From positions 60,015 through 124,014 of the forward strand of contig JBFMFH010000111.1 of NCBI GenBank assembly GCA_040752275.1: a stretch of DNA of 64,000 nt, written 5' to 3'. Under the pieces are notes generated by a model. The model was not told where the DNA came from, searched no databases, and saw nothing but the letters and a program-made list of their open reading frames with translations. The position numbers and the translations under genes were made by a program. This document shows, in pieces, positions 18,701 through 27,001 of the stretch. Origin of the DNA: Acidobacteriota bacterium (GTDB lineage: Bacteria > Acidobacteriota > Vicinamibacteria > Vicinamibacterales > JAKQTR01). Numbering within the stretch: position 1 is the stretch's first letter; the number at the start of each line of letters is the position of its first letter.

Positions 18701-19008
18701 CGGGCGGCGCGCTCGCGCAGCGCGACGGCGCTCGCGTAGACCGGATCCAGGTAGCGCCAGTAGTCGAGGGTGAGCCGGAGCGACTTCTTGAGCAGATGCG
18801 CCGGGTCGCTCTTCACGCTCGGGCTGATCTCCCACGTGAAGGCGTCCTTCGCCACCCGCTGGAGGTTCTCGAGCGTGCGCATGCCGCCAAGCGTGTCCCG
18901 CCGGTCTGCCAGGAGGTGGATTCTGTGACCGCGCCGTGCGAGCTCGGCGAGGCCGTGCTCGAAATTGCGAAGGAACCCGAAGTGGCTGGTGGAGAAGAGG
19001 ATCTTCAC
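15769..19008 (-). CDS. Tandem double domain A glycosyltransferase (A-A, ~1079 aa)
   Basis: Two full repeats (SWDHLTTK/RPHP/NTSALIES and SWDNLTNK/RPHP/NTSAMIEA). The likely start is GTG at 19008 (GTGA overlap), not 19923. Confidence 0.78.
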   Translation of the reverse strand: MKILFSTSHFGFLRNFEHGLAELARRGHRIHLLADRRDTLGGMRTLENLQRVAKDAFTWEISPSVKSDPAHLLKKSLRLTLDYWRYLDPVYASAVALRERAAREVPRPAVRIGNWSLIGRHPPVRRMLSAAIRAMERAVPGAPFADDVLRTHAPDVFMVTPLLYFGSQQVDYVRAARRRGIPSVLCVGSWDHLTTKGLIHEIPDAVTVWNEAQREEAASLHHIPAGIVRVTGASAYDHWFAAAPTLTRDEFCSRTGLPAGSQMLCYLCSSPFITPYEVGFVRRWLLALRAAPDARLRSVAVLIRPHPQNADQWRDEELSALGPVIIWPRAGSNPVDAGARADYFHSMYYSAAVVGVNTSALIESGIVGRPVFTVRTPEFSGTQDGTLHFQHLKQVSGGLLVEAASLDEHVAQLGALLENPGAFQNRGRAFIETFVRPHGLDRPASPILADAIEEVAQRPIAARGPGLSSAVLRPAAMVLARLARRLRRSPKEPPSPGADRAPRGRRLLFVMRSPEYLRFYDDTLKALAARGLDVVLAVNATKGPKQARFRGGSDGIRYIGDVPARCDAWGSLADWVRGTMDFIRYLDPRLSHVPALRARMKIKALPGFLRWLDRFHQWPPGLVRSALGGLAWLETVVPPGRRVVQFVKSVSPNAVLVTPLVEAASDQMDLVRAARASRIPVVACIASWDNLTNKGLLRIEPDLVTVWNEAQKREAVELHDVSAERVAVTGAQAFDRWFDREPSRTRVEFCAMVGLNPARPIILFTGSSFFITGRHSEVPFVRSWVDAVRNAGDASVREANILIRPHPYNADQWAGADLSDLTDVAIWPRGRHDPTNEQNRGDFFDSLFHSAAVVGINTSAMIEASVIGRPVHTLLSEGFGAKQEGTVHFQHLLPENGGCLIVAKTLPEHLDQLAASIAAPDAARARSERFVATFLRPHGLEKACVPILTDVLEGASALTPLPFLDGVGAVALRFILAPLVGGVWLFRRGPGRVLGPDFGRFRKKVRFAVHRRRKSILRALKQVPRTAAWRRLAKAARDASRAARTAASSLPKRIRRVGRHARYGVATRVRAILGANKET

Positions 19009-20768
19009 CGCAACAACCCGTTCACGGCACCCCTGATCCCGCGTCGCGCGAACCCGCGGACTGTCTTCAGCCCCCTCCGCACCCGCTTCGACAACAGGCC
19101 GCCGAATCGCCGGACCCGCTGAGAGCCTTCGTGTCTGGCCCGCCGAAGGGAACGGCTGACGCGCCGCGCTGCACGATCCCGCGCGCGTCTCCCTCGGTTC
19201 CACGCCGGCGTCACGAGTGCCTGCAGCCGAAACGCCACGGCGAGGACGCCGACCGCGACAGCGACGGCGGGCCGGATCAAGAGACCTGCCCACAGGGGCC
19301 GGTTCCTGGTCGACCAGAGGCTTCTGAGCACGATCGCAGGAAGCCAGAGGACCGCTCGAGCCGCCGGAGCCCACCAGGAGGGTCCCGTTGCCTTGACGTC
19401 CAGCGAGGCGCACGCCTCGACGGCCTCCGCCAGCAGCGGTGTCGCCGCCATGTCGAGTCCGAACGGACGTACGAATGCCTCGACGAACCGCCGGCTCTGT
19501 GTTGCCGTGTCGTGGCCGGGCGCGAGGACCGCTTCCAGGTCCTCGATGTGCGCCCGCATGCTGTCTGCCGCCCGCACTACCCCTCCTGCCACCTGCAAGA
19601 GATACCGGAAGTGCAGCGTTCCCTCCTGGGAGTGGGCAAACTCGGGCGCCAGGACGGCGCAGACCGGTCGCCCCACGATGCCGGCCTCGATGAGGGCGCT
19701 GGTGTTCACACCGACCACCGCTCCACTGTGGTAGAGGGAGTCGAAGAAATCCTTCTTGGCATTGGGCGAGAACGGATCGGCTCCAGGCGGGGGCCAGACA
19801 CAGGCATTGGCAAACCCGCTCAGGTCGACGCGGCCCCACTGGTCGAAGTTGTTGGGGTGGGGCCTGAACAGCACCCCCGTGCCGGCCAGCACTCCTGGCG
19901 TCGACCGGAGCGTGGCCAGCCACCTGACCGCGAACGCCGCCTCGTGCGGCGCGAGGAAGTAGGAGGATCCGACATACACGAGGATGGGCCGGTCTGGCGC
20001 CAGACCGACGTCGCGGCAGAACACTTCCCGCGTACGGCTTGGCGTCCAGCCGAACCAGTGATCGAAGATCTGGGCTCCGGTCACGACCACACGGTCCGCT
20101 GGAACGCCATGCATCTCGACGAGCTCGCTTCTCTGGACTTCGTTCCAGACGAAGATGCGGTCGGGCGCCAGTTTGACCGTTCCCTTGTTCGTCAAATTGT
20201 CCCAGCTCGCGACGCCGAGGGCCGAGGGGATCCCGCTTCTCCGCGCCGCCTTGATGTAGTCGACCTGCGGCGACCCGAAGTCCACGAGCGGCGTCACGAC
20301 GACGAGGTCGGGCGCCTGCTCGCGAAGGAACTCGGCAATGGCGCGGCTCGGTGGGAGCACCGATTCAATCGACCTCAACAGGGCACTCAGCGCGCGAACC
20401 GCCGACGGTCCGGCCTTCGCCACCAGCCCCGCGATCGTGAGGTAGCCCTTCTGCAGGAACTTCTCGGCTCGCTGCCGCAGCAGGGGCGCGTTTCGATAGC
20501 GGGGATCGAGATAGCGGAGGTAGTCGAGCAGGGTGCGGGCGATGGTCGCCAGCGTGTTCCAGGTGTTGTCCTCCCGCTGCGGACATAGTCCGTAACTGAC
20601 ACCGGCACACCCCGCCGCCAGCCGATCCGCCAGCACGGTTTCTCCGAACTTGTCCCGGTCGCCTTCGTAGGCAATGTGAACGCGGTGACCGCGAGAGTCC
20701 AGCAGCCTGATGAGCGGGTCGTAGTTCCGAACGAACCCGGCATGGCGCATGAGCCACAGGATCTTCAT
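19005..20768 (-). CDS. Putative GT-B glycosyltransferase (domain A) with hydrophobic and Arg-rich C-tail
   Basis: FVRNYD, SWDNLTNK, RPHP, NTSALIEA, QEGTLHFRYL. Confidence 0.75.
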   Translation of the reverse strand: MKILWLMRHAGFVRNYDPLIRLLDSRGHRVHIAYEGDRDKFGETVLADRLAAGCAGVSYGLCPQREDNTWNTLATIARTLLDYLRYLDPRYRNAPLLRQRAEKFLQKGYLTIAGLVAKAGPSAVRALSALLRSIESVLPPSRAIAEFLREQAPDLVVVTPLVDFGSPQVDYIKAARRSGIPSALGVASWDNLTNKGTVKLAPDRIFVWNEVQRSELVEMHGVPADRVVVTGAQIFDHWFGWTPSRTREVFCRDVGLAPDRPILVYVGSSYFLAPHEAAFAVRWLATLRSTPGVLAGTGVLFRPHPNNFDQWGRVDLSGFANACVWPPPGADPFSPNAKKDFFDSLYHSGAVVGVNTSALIEAGIVGRPVCAVLAPEFAHSQEGTLHFRYLLQVAGGVVRAADSMRAHIEDLEAVLAPGHDTATQSRRFVEAFVRPFGLDMAATPLLAEAVEACASLDVKATGPSWWAPAARAVLWLPAIVLRSLWSTRNRPLWAGLLIRPAVAVAVGVLAVAFRLQALVTPAWNRGRRARDRAARRVSRSLRRARHEGSQRVRRFGGLLSKRVRRGLKTVRGFARRGIRGAVNGLLR

Positions 20769-22093
20769 GGCGCCATCGATGCCGGAGCCGAGACCCCTCG
20801 ATCGGCGTAGCGTTCCGCGAGGAACCGTGCGATGCGCCCGTCTCCCAGGAACCCGTCATCCGCGCCCCACTTGCGAACGTAGCTCAGCTCCCGGCGATAC
20901 GCCTCGGCAGCCTCGGTGGCTCGATCCCTGAAGACCGCCTGTGCCTCGCACTCCGACCATCGGTTCGAAAGGCCCTGCAGCATCTCTTCGACCGCCAGGA
21001 CGATGTCTTTCGGTGTGTTGTCCACGTACGCGAATCGGCCGGTGTCGCGGAGGTGCGCGAGGTAGTCGGCCCCGAGGAGGTCCACAGGCTTCAGCGCCTG
21101 GCCGGTGAACCGATCGACGACGGTCTTGAAGACGTAGATCCCGTCCTTCCTGACGGGATACGAGCTGATCGGATCCGTGACGTTGACATTGAGAACAGGT
21201 GTGTTCGTCAGGTAGCTCACGCCAACGGGTCCGGCTTCACCGGAGAGGAGGAAGTCGCTCCGCATCAGGCTGTGCACCTGCACTCTGGCCGTGGCGCCGC
21301 TGCACGTGGCCAGGTCGACGACTCCCGCCCGTCGCAGCGGGGTCATCGTCCGGTCGCCGAGGCGGACGATGGTGTAGCCTCTTGCGACGAGCAGGTCGAT
21401 GGCGTCGAAGTAGGTCTCGATGCTGGCATTGCGGGCGCCATCGTCGCGGACGTCCGTGCTGCCCAGACGCCGGTGCTTCTCGTGGACCTCGTACCCCATC
21501 TTGAACCCGCCCTCGCGGGCGTGGATGGTGACGATGCGGCTCGTCCGGCCGATGCCGAGGCGTTCGGCTTCCGTGCACGCCCGTTCATGGACGTCCGCCG
21601 GCAAGTACACGGGAAGGCAGTCTCGTATCAGGCGGCGGTGGAAGTACGGCACGATCTGCCCGTTTCTGGCCGCCGTCCTTGCCTGGTCTCCTGCCAGGCT
21701 CCTCTTGAGCTGTCTCAGGTAGCCGCGCAGATTATCGGGTAGGGTCGGATCGAGGACATGTGACGCCAGCTCCTTGCCCAGCTCGTCTCGAAGCGAGTCT
21801 GTGACCCGGCTCACCTTGGGACGGATGAGCCGGACGACATCGGCTGCCGCAAGCCGGGCCCGGTAGCCGACCCGCGCGGGCAACCGGGGATGAACCCGGT
21901 GCACGACCTCGGATTCCAGGTCCAGAAGCGTCGGGTTGACGGGACGCCTCGGCGGCAGAATGCACAATGGCACTCGCCTGGCTCGCGCCTCCGCCATGGA
22001 CATCAAGATCTCGAGCGCCAGGTGTCCGAACTGGCGTCCATTTGGCCGCGATATCAGGAGGCCGTCGACCGCGTAAAGGAACTCGACTGTCAC
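20765..22093 (-). CDS. Putative glycosyltransferase, TIGR04372-like
   Basis: FGHLALE, VTIHAREGG and RNASIETYFDAIDLL..RGY.IVRLGD resemble the TIGR04372 family (recognised by eye). Confidence 0.65.
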   Translation of the reverse strand: MTVEFLYAVDGLLISRPNGRQFGHLALEILMSMAEARARRVPLCILPPRRPVNPTLLDLESEVVHRVHPRLPARVGYRARLAAADVVRLIRPKVSRVTDSLRDELGKELASHVLDPTLPDNLRGYLRQLKRSLAGDQARTAARNGQIVPYFHRRLIRDCLPVYLPADVHERACTEAERLGIGRTSRIVTIHAREGGFKMGYEVHEKHRRLGSTDVRDDGARNASIETYFDAIDLLVARGYTIVRLGDRTMTPLRRAGVVDLATCSGATARVQVHSLMRSDFLLSGEAGPVGVSYLTNTPVLNVNVTDPISSYPVRKDGIYVFKTVVDRFTGQALKPVDLLGADYLAHLRDTGRFAYVDNTPKDIVLAVEEMLQGLSNRWSECEAQAVFRDRATEAAEAYRRELSYVRKWGADDGFLGDGRIARFLAERYADRGVSAPASMAP

Positions 22094-23421
22094 GACTCCC
22101 GGTCGACCTCTCCCTGGACACCACGCATGCTCGAGGAGCCTGCCGGGTCGGCGGCTGTCGGGAGGGCCGTGCCGTAGCTGGCAACGAGGGCCGCGTGGCG
22201 AACGTCCAGAGGGATGAATGTGCCGGCACCAAGGTGCGCGAAGACTTGCTGGGCGAAGTTCAGGTGGGTCCGGCTGAAGGTGTGACCTTCCGAGTAGAAC
22301 GCCAGCGTGGCGACGCCCAGCAGCGGCGCGAGATACGAAAACCCTCCATAGGTGCCGACGAAGGCTTCGGCCCCGGCAATGATGCGGGTCTGCAGTTCGA
22401 GGTTCGCCCTGACATCGTCACCAATGGGAGGCGTCAGGACCCGCGAGGACGTGGCCTCGGTGTGCTCGCTGTGGTCGTCCACGCCCGATCCGGTCGCCAG
22501 CAAGACCACCGGCACCTGTTCGCTGACCTGCCGGATCACTCGCCGGACAAAGCTGCGGTTCTCCGGAGTCTCGGGAAACGCCAGGCTGTAGTACCACTTC
22601 ATCGCGACGTACCGAGAGGGAAGGCCCGCCGGTCTCTCGTGCTGTCCGACGTCGATCCTGCGGTGGCACGTGAGGCGATCGAGGATGCCCGGGTTTTCGC
22701 CGTCCTTCCAGACGGGCGTGAACGCCTGGTACATGAGCCTGGGGTGCATCAGATGGATGGCGCACCCGAGGCGCTGGCGCACGGCAGCAATGATCTCGCT
22801 GTCGAGCTCCGTCATCCGCAGCTGCTTCCGTGATTGCGACGTGGCCACCTGGAAGCGGTCGACGGTGATCAGGTCGAAGACATCGATGTACCGGTCGGCC
22901 AAACCCCGGTACCAGAGCCCGGTCCCGCCTCGAGACACGACGATCAGGCGCTCGGGTGGCACGTCGAATGTGTTCACGGCCCAGGTCACGAAGGGGATCC
23001 AGTACAGAAGCTCGAATCCGACCTCACCCGTCCACGGCCCCACCACAATCGGACGTTTCGTCGACCTCATATGGGCGAGGTGCCGCCGGAGCCGCTCTTC
23101 GGTACGGCGATGGCCCCGGAACAGCGTTGCGGCCTCGGCGAAGGTGTTGACGCCGGCCGCGAGGCTCTGCTGTTCCCGGCGGATCTCCGTGACCGACTTC
23201 GAGACCAGGCGTTCGATGCGAGCCAGATCGGCTTCGAAGCGCTTGTCCGTGACCTTCCGGCCCGTGCGGTCTTCGTGGTCCCGCTCTCGCTGCTTGTCCC
23301 AGTGCCGCCTGAGGAATCTGAGGTGCTCGACCGCTTCTCTGAGGTGCTCCTCGTCTGTCGAGGTCAGCAGCCGCCGCAATGCCACCCGGGCGCGCGATGC
23401 AACTCGATTCAGCCAGCGCAT
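22090..23421 (-). CDS. Stand-alone domain B protein with N-terminal charged coiled-coil
   Basis: GPWTGEVGFELLYWIPF, VVSRGG, HPRLMY and FVGTYGGFSYLAPL, shared with the C-halves of 1869-4505 and 4521-7145. Confidence 0.72.
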   Translation of the reverse strand: MRWLNRVASRARVALRRLLTSTDEEHLREAVEHLRFLRRHWDKQRERDHEDRTGRKVTDKRFEADLARIERLVSKSVTEIRREQQSLAAGVNTFAEAATLFRGHRRTEERLRRHLAHMRSTKRPIVVGPWTGEVGFELLYWIPFVTWAVNTFDVPPERLIVVSRGGTGLWYRGLADRYIDVFDLITVDRFQVATSQSRKQLRMTELDSEIIAAVRQRLGCAIHLMHPRLMYQAFTPVWKDGENPGILDRLTCHRRIDVGQHERPAGLPSRYVAMKWYYSLAFPETPENRSFVRRVIRQVSEQVPVVLLATGSGVDDHSEHTEATSSRVLTPPIGDDVRANLELQTRIIAGAEAFVGTYGGFSYLAPLLGVATLAFYSEGHTFSRTHLNFAQQVFAHLGAGTFIPLDVRHAALVASYGTALPTAADPAGSSSMRGVQGEVDRES

Positions 23422-23457
23422 CAGAGGCTCCCGGATGAAGGGGTCATGGGCACGCCA

Positions 23458-24450
23458 TCACGCCCGCAAGACGTAGTCGGACGACAGGAGTCTCAATTGG
23501 GGCAGGTACTTCCGTCCCCACTCGACCATGTCCTTCAGGCCTTCCTCCAGGGAGATGCGTGGCTTCCATCCGACATCGCGATGGATGGCGCTGCTGTCGA
23601 GCCAATACCTGGAGTCCTGGCCGAGGCGGTCCGGCACCACCTCGCAGAGCTGCTCGAAGGGCATCCCCAGGGCCTCGGCCGTCTTCTCGACGAGGTGGCG
23701 AATCGAGATCGGCCGTTCGGGTCCAACGTTGTAGACGCGCCCGAGCGGCGCGCCTTCGGAGACCAGGTGGATCGCACGGGCGAGATCCCGAGCGTGCATG
23801 TACGATTTCTCGGCCCGTCCTCCACCCTGGAGCGGCAGCTTCTGGCCGGTGAGCCCGCACAGGACCGCCCGTGGGATGACGCGGTGCAATTGCTGGCCCG
23901 GCGCGTAGGCGTTCGACGGGCGGATGATGTTCATGGGGAACTTCACGACGTTCGCGACCGAAATCAGGTACAGGTCGTACGCCGCCTTGGACGCGGCGTA
24001 CGGACTCGTGGGTCTGATCGGCGCATCTTCCGGCACCGGCCCGTCCACCGAACCGTAGAGCTCCGATGTGCCGATCTGGATGAACCGCTCGAGGTAGTCC
24101 CGCGACATCAGCGCCTCGGTCATCTTCACCATCGCCGTGCTGTTGGTGTCGAAGAAGCGCCAGGAGCGCTTCCATGACGCGGCCCCTTCTCCCTGCGCGG
24201 CGTAGCTGATGATGATGTCGGGCCTCTCCCGATCGAAGAGATCGAAGAGCCGGTCCTGCTCGAAGACCACGTGAATCTGGTGATACTGGTAGCGAGAATC
24301 GCCTCGCCCGAGGTTGAGCGTGAATGGCTCGGGCTTCTCGGGGTTGCGCCCGACGCAGATCACCTTCTTCGGACCGGCGTGCTCGAGCAGGTAGAACGCG
24401 GTATGCACGCCGAAGACGCCATTGCCTCCCAGGATGATGTAGGTCTTCAC
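23458..24450 (-). CDS. NDP-sugar 4,6-dehydratase-like extended SDR
   Basis: LGGNGVFG, TSELYG, PTSPYAASK, RPSNAYAPGQ, DRLGQDSRY. Confidence 0.82.
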   Translation of the reverse strand: MKTYIILGGNGVFGVHTAFYLLEHAGPKKVICVGRNPEKPEPFTLNLGRGDSRYQYHQIHVVFEQDRLFDLFDRERPDIIISYAAQGEGAASWKRSWRFFDTNSTAMVKMTEALMSRDYLERFIQIGTSELYGSVDGPVPEDAPIRPTSPYAASKAAYDLYLISVANVVKFPMNIIRPSNAYAPGQQLHRVIPRAVLCGLTGQKLPLQGGGRAEKSYMHARDLARAIHLVSEGAPLGRVYNVGPERPISIRHLVEKTAEALGMPFEQLCEVVPDRLGQDSRYWLDSSAIHRDVGWKPRISLEEGLKDMVEWGRKYLPQLRLLSSDYVLRA

Positions 24451-24459
24451 CTCAACGCC

Positions 24460-26292
24460 TCACGCCTTTCCTTCGTCCGGTATCGTGCTCGCTGCGGCGG
24501 GCTCTTCGTGATCGATCCTGGAGGTTTCCGTGGGTTCGACCAGCATGTTCGCGAAGAACTCGGTCCGAGGCAGCAGCGGTTCGCCGTCCTCGATCGGGCG
24601 GCCGAACTTTACCTGGGGGATCACCTGGTGGTGTGGCCGGAACTCGACATTGCAGAAGACCGGACCGGAACTGGCATAGACGCGCCCGATGCGGTCGGCC
24701 GCATCCGCATTCCGCTTGAGCGTGACGGTGGGAATGCCGTAGGCGCGCGCGACCTTGACGAAGTCCGGGAACGCGAGCCCATTCTCGACCGTGGTGGCTT
24801 CGTAGCGGCCGCCGAGCCACTGTTCCTGGGTCTGCTGGACCATGCCGTAACCGTGGTTGTTGATCAGGAAGATCCTGATCGGAAGGCGGTGCCGCACGAT
24901 CGTCGCCAGTTCCTGGATGTTCATCTGAAGGGCTCCGTCGCCGGCGACGCACGTGACAGGCGCGTGGCCGGTGGCGAAACTCACGCCGATCGCGGCTGGG
25001 AGAGCGTAGCCCATCGCCGTCGTGTTGAAGGCGTGGTACAGGCGCTGTCCCTGTTTGAACTGAAACGCCTGACACATCCACGCGAGCGCGCACCCCGTGT
25101 CCAGAACGACCTGTTCCCCTGGCTGCGCCGCCTTCGCGAGTTCTTCGACGAACACGTAGGGGTTGATCGCGCGATCGCGGCGGTACTCGGGCGCACAGAT
25201 CGGGTACCGCCGTTTCCAGTCGTCGATCCGGTTCCTCCAGGCCCCGAGGTCCGGACGGGGCAATTCCTGCTCACGCTTCAGCATGGCCCGGACGAACTCC
25301 CCGGCGTCGCTGTGGATGGCAACATCGACCTGCATGCCGAAGGCGCCGAGCTTCCGCAGCTCCGCGGGGTCGATGTCCACGACGATCTTCGTCCCGCCCC
25401 TGACGAAGTCCGCGTAGGGGCTCCCAGCCTCGCGTGTGTCGAGTCTGGCGCCCACGGCCAGCACCAGGTCGGCGTTCTGCAGGGCGTAGTTGGCGTAGCG
25501 CGTGCCGTGGGTCCCGAAGGCGCCGATGACGAGCGGGTGCGAGGCCGGCATGAAGTCGAGCGCGGGCCATGTCAGCAGAACCGGAAAGCCGAGACGCTCG
25601 GCCAACCGGACGGCGTCGTCCACGGCCCCGGCAAGACGGACGCCCCATCCCAGGATGAGGACCGGGCGCGACGCTCTCCCGAGGAGCGGGATCACCCGGT
25701 CGAGATCGGCCGGCAGGACGGCCGGTGCGGGGCGTGCCGGTCCGGGGTCGAACGCTTCGAGCTCGGCGGGATCGATGTCCATCCGTTGCAGGTCGTCGGG
25801 CACGTCCACCAGGACCGGGCCCGGACGCCCGCTCCTGGCGATGTGAACGGCCTTCTCGAGCTCGCAGCGGATCTTCCGCCAGTCCGTCACCATCACGGCG
25901 TACTTCGTCACGGGCCGGCAGATCTCAACGATCTCCGTTTCCTGGAAGCCCATCTGCCGGACGCCCGTGTTTCCCTTCAGGCGGAACGTGGTGACTTGTC
26001 CGGTCAGGTAGAGCACGGGCACGGAGTCGAACCACGAGCAGATGATGCCCGTCAGGAGGTTCGTGGCCCCCGGCCCGCTCGTGGCGAGAGCACAGCCCAG
26101 GTTGCCGGTGGCCTTGGCGTAGCCGTCGGCCGCCATGGCCCCGGCCTGCTCGTGCTGCGGGCAGATGTAGTCGATTCCCGGGGTCCGCGCCACCGAGTCG
26201 ATGATGTGCAGCGAGGCCCCGCCGGTGATGGCGAACACATGGCGGATGCCCTGGGCGGCGAGAAACCCGGCAATGAAGTCGGACAGCTTCAC
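24460..26292 (-). CDS. ThDP-binding acetolactate-synthase-like enzyme (YerE-like carboligase candidate)
   Basis: HEQAGAMAADGY, TSGPGATN, GRPGPV, GDGALQMNIQEL..NNHGYG; sugar-cluster context; no small regulatory subunit nearby. Confidence 0.85.
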   Translation of the reverse strand: MKLSDFIAGFLAAQGIRHVFAITGGASLHIIDSVARTPGIDYICPQHEQAGAMAADGYAKATGNLGCALATSGPGATNLLTGIICSWFDSVPVLYLTGQVTTFRLKGNTGVRQMGFQETEIVEICRPVTKYAVMVTDWRKIRCELEKAVHIARSGRPGPVLVDVPDDLQRMDIDPAELEAFDPGPARPAPAVLPADLDRVIPLLGRASRPVLILGWGVRLAGAVDDAVRLAERLGFPVLLTWPALDFMPASHPLVIGAFGTHGTRYANYALQNADLVLAVGARLDTREAGSPYADFVRGGTKIVVDIDPAELRKLGAFGMQVDVAIHSDAGEFVRAMLKREQELPRPDLGAWRNRIDDWKRRYPICAPEYRRDRAINPYVFVEELAKAAQPGEQVVLDTGCALAWMCQAFQFKQGQRLYHAFNTTAMGYALPAAIGVSFATGHAPVTCVAGDGALQMNIQELATIVRHRLPIRIFLINNHGYGMVQQTQEQWLGGRYEATTVENGLAFPDFVKVARAYGIPTVTLKRNADAADRIGRVYASSGPVFCNVEFRPHHQVIPQVKFGRPIEDGEPLLPRTEFFANMLVEPTETSRIDHEEPAAASTIPDEGKA

Positions 26293-26314
26293 GACCCGTC
26301 CTCGGGCCGACCGA

Positions 26315-27001
26315 TCAGCGCTGCTTCTTGCCCGCGCCGACCGACCAGATGTACTGGCACATCGGCGCGTAACCCGTGTGCACCACTTCGTCATTCATGC
26401 CGAACATGAAGACGTTCTCGAAGTAGCGCTCCATGAGCTCGCGCAGCGAGGCCATGCTCTTCAGATTGATGTGCTGGACCTGGCTGCGCGGGCTCGCCCA
26501 CGCGGCCGCGGTCAGATTGGGCGTCCCCGTCACCAGCACGCCTTCCGGCGTGAGGCACCCCACGATGTTCTCGATGAAGGTGGCCTCGGTGGCCGGCTCC
26601 AGATGTTCGATGACGTCGATCGAGAACGCCGCGTCAACGATGATGGGCGGGCTCTCCCTGTTGAGATCGACGTGGAGGTAGGTGACGTTCTTCAGGTGGG
26701 CGAGCCGGCGCGCGTTGCCCTCCAGCAGGCGCGAATCCCAGTCGAGGCAGTACACGTGTCCGACGTGCTGGGCAACGATCGGCAGGCCGAATCCGTCGCC
26801 CGACCCCACCTCGAGGACGCGCGGCTTGCCCTCGAGCATCTTGGCGCAGAACTTGTAACGGGAGAGGACGAACGTCATGTGCTTCGGATCGTGGACCAGG
26901 CTGAAGGACGTCCATGGACCGAGGGTGAGCTCCTGCTGGTCGAACTGATGGTCGGTGCCCTCCCGGTATGCCTGCGCGGCCGTCTTGGGCCTGTCGTTCA
27001 C
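26315..27001 (-). CDS. Class I SAM-dependent methyltransferase
   Basis: VLEVGSGDG, SIDVIEHL, GTPN; GTGA-coupled start at 27001. Confidence 0.85.
   Translation of the reverse strand: MNDRPKTAAQAYREGTDHQFDQQELTLGPWTSFSLVHDPKHMTFVLSRYKFCAKMLEGKPRVLEVGSGDGFGLPIVAQHVGHVYCLDWDSRLLEGNARRLAHLKNVTYLHVDLNRESPPIIVDAAFSIDVIEHLEPATEATFIENIVGCLTPEGVLVTGTPNLTAAAWASPRSQVQHINLKSMASLRELMERYFENVFMFGMNDEVVHTGYAPMCQYIWSVGAGKKQR

Noticed and set aside
19009-19923. N-terminal 305 codons of the 1384-aa ORF
   Set aside because: This stretch overlaps gene 19005-20768 in another frame and has low-complexity Arg/Gly/Pro composition. The homologous domain A start (VKILF) and a GTGA overlap place the start at 19008.
3380-20220. 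Recurrent DNA words (e.g. gttccagacg/gttccacacg, gaaccactg, gcgctggtgtt) suggesting a repeat array or CRISPR
   Set aside because: They are codons of the conserved domain A motifs, spaced by kilobases within coding sequence; there is no repeat-spacer structure and no cas gene.
24460-26292. Annotation as ilvB/ilvI of branched-chain amino acid synthesis
   Set aside because: No ilvN/ilvH/ilvC neighbours; the context points to sugar carboligation.
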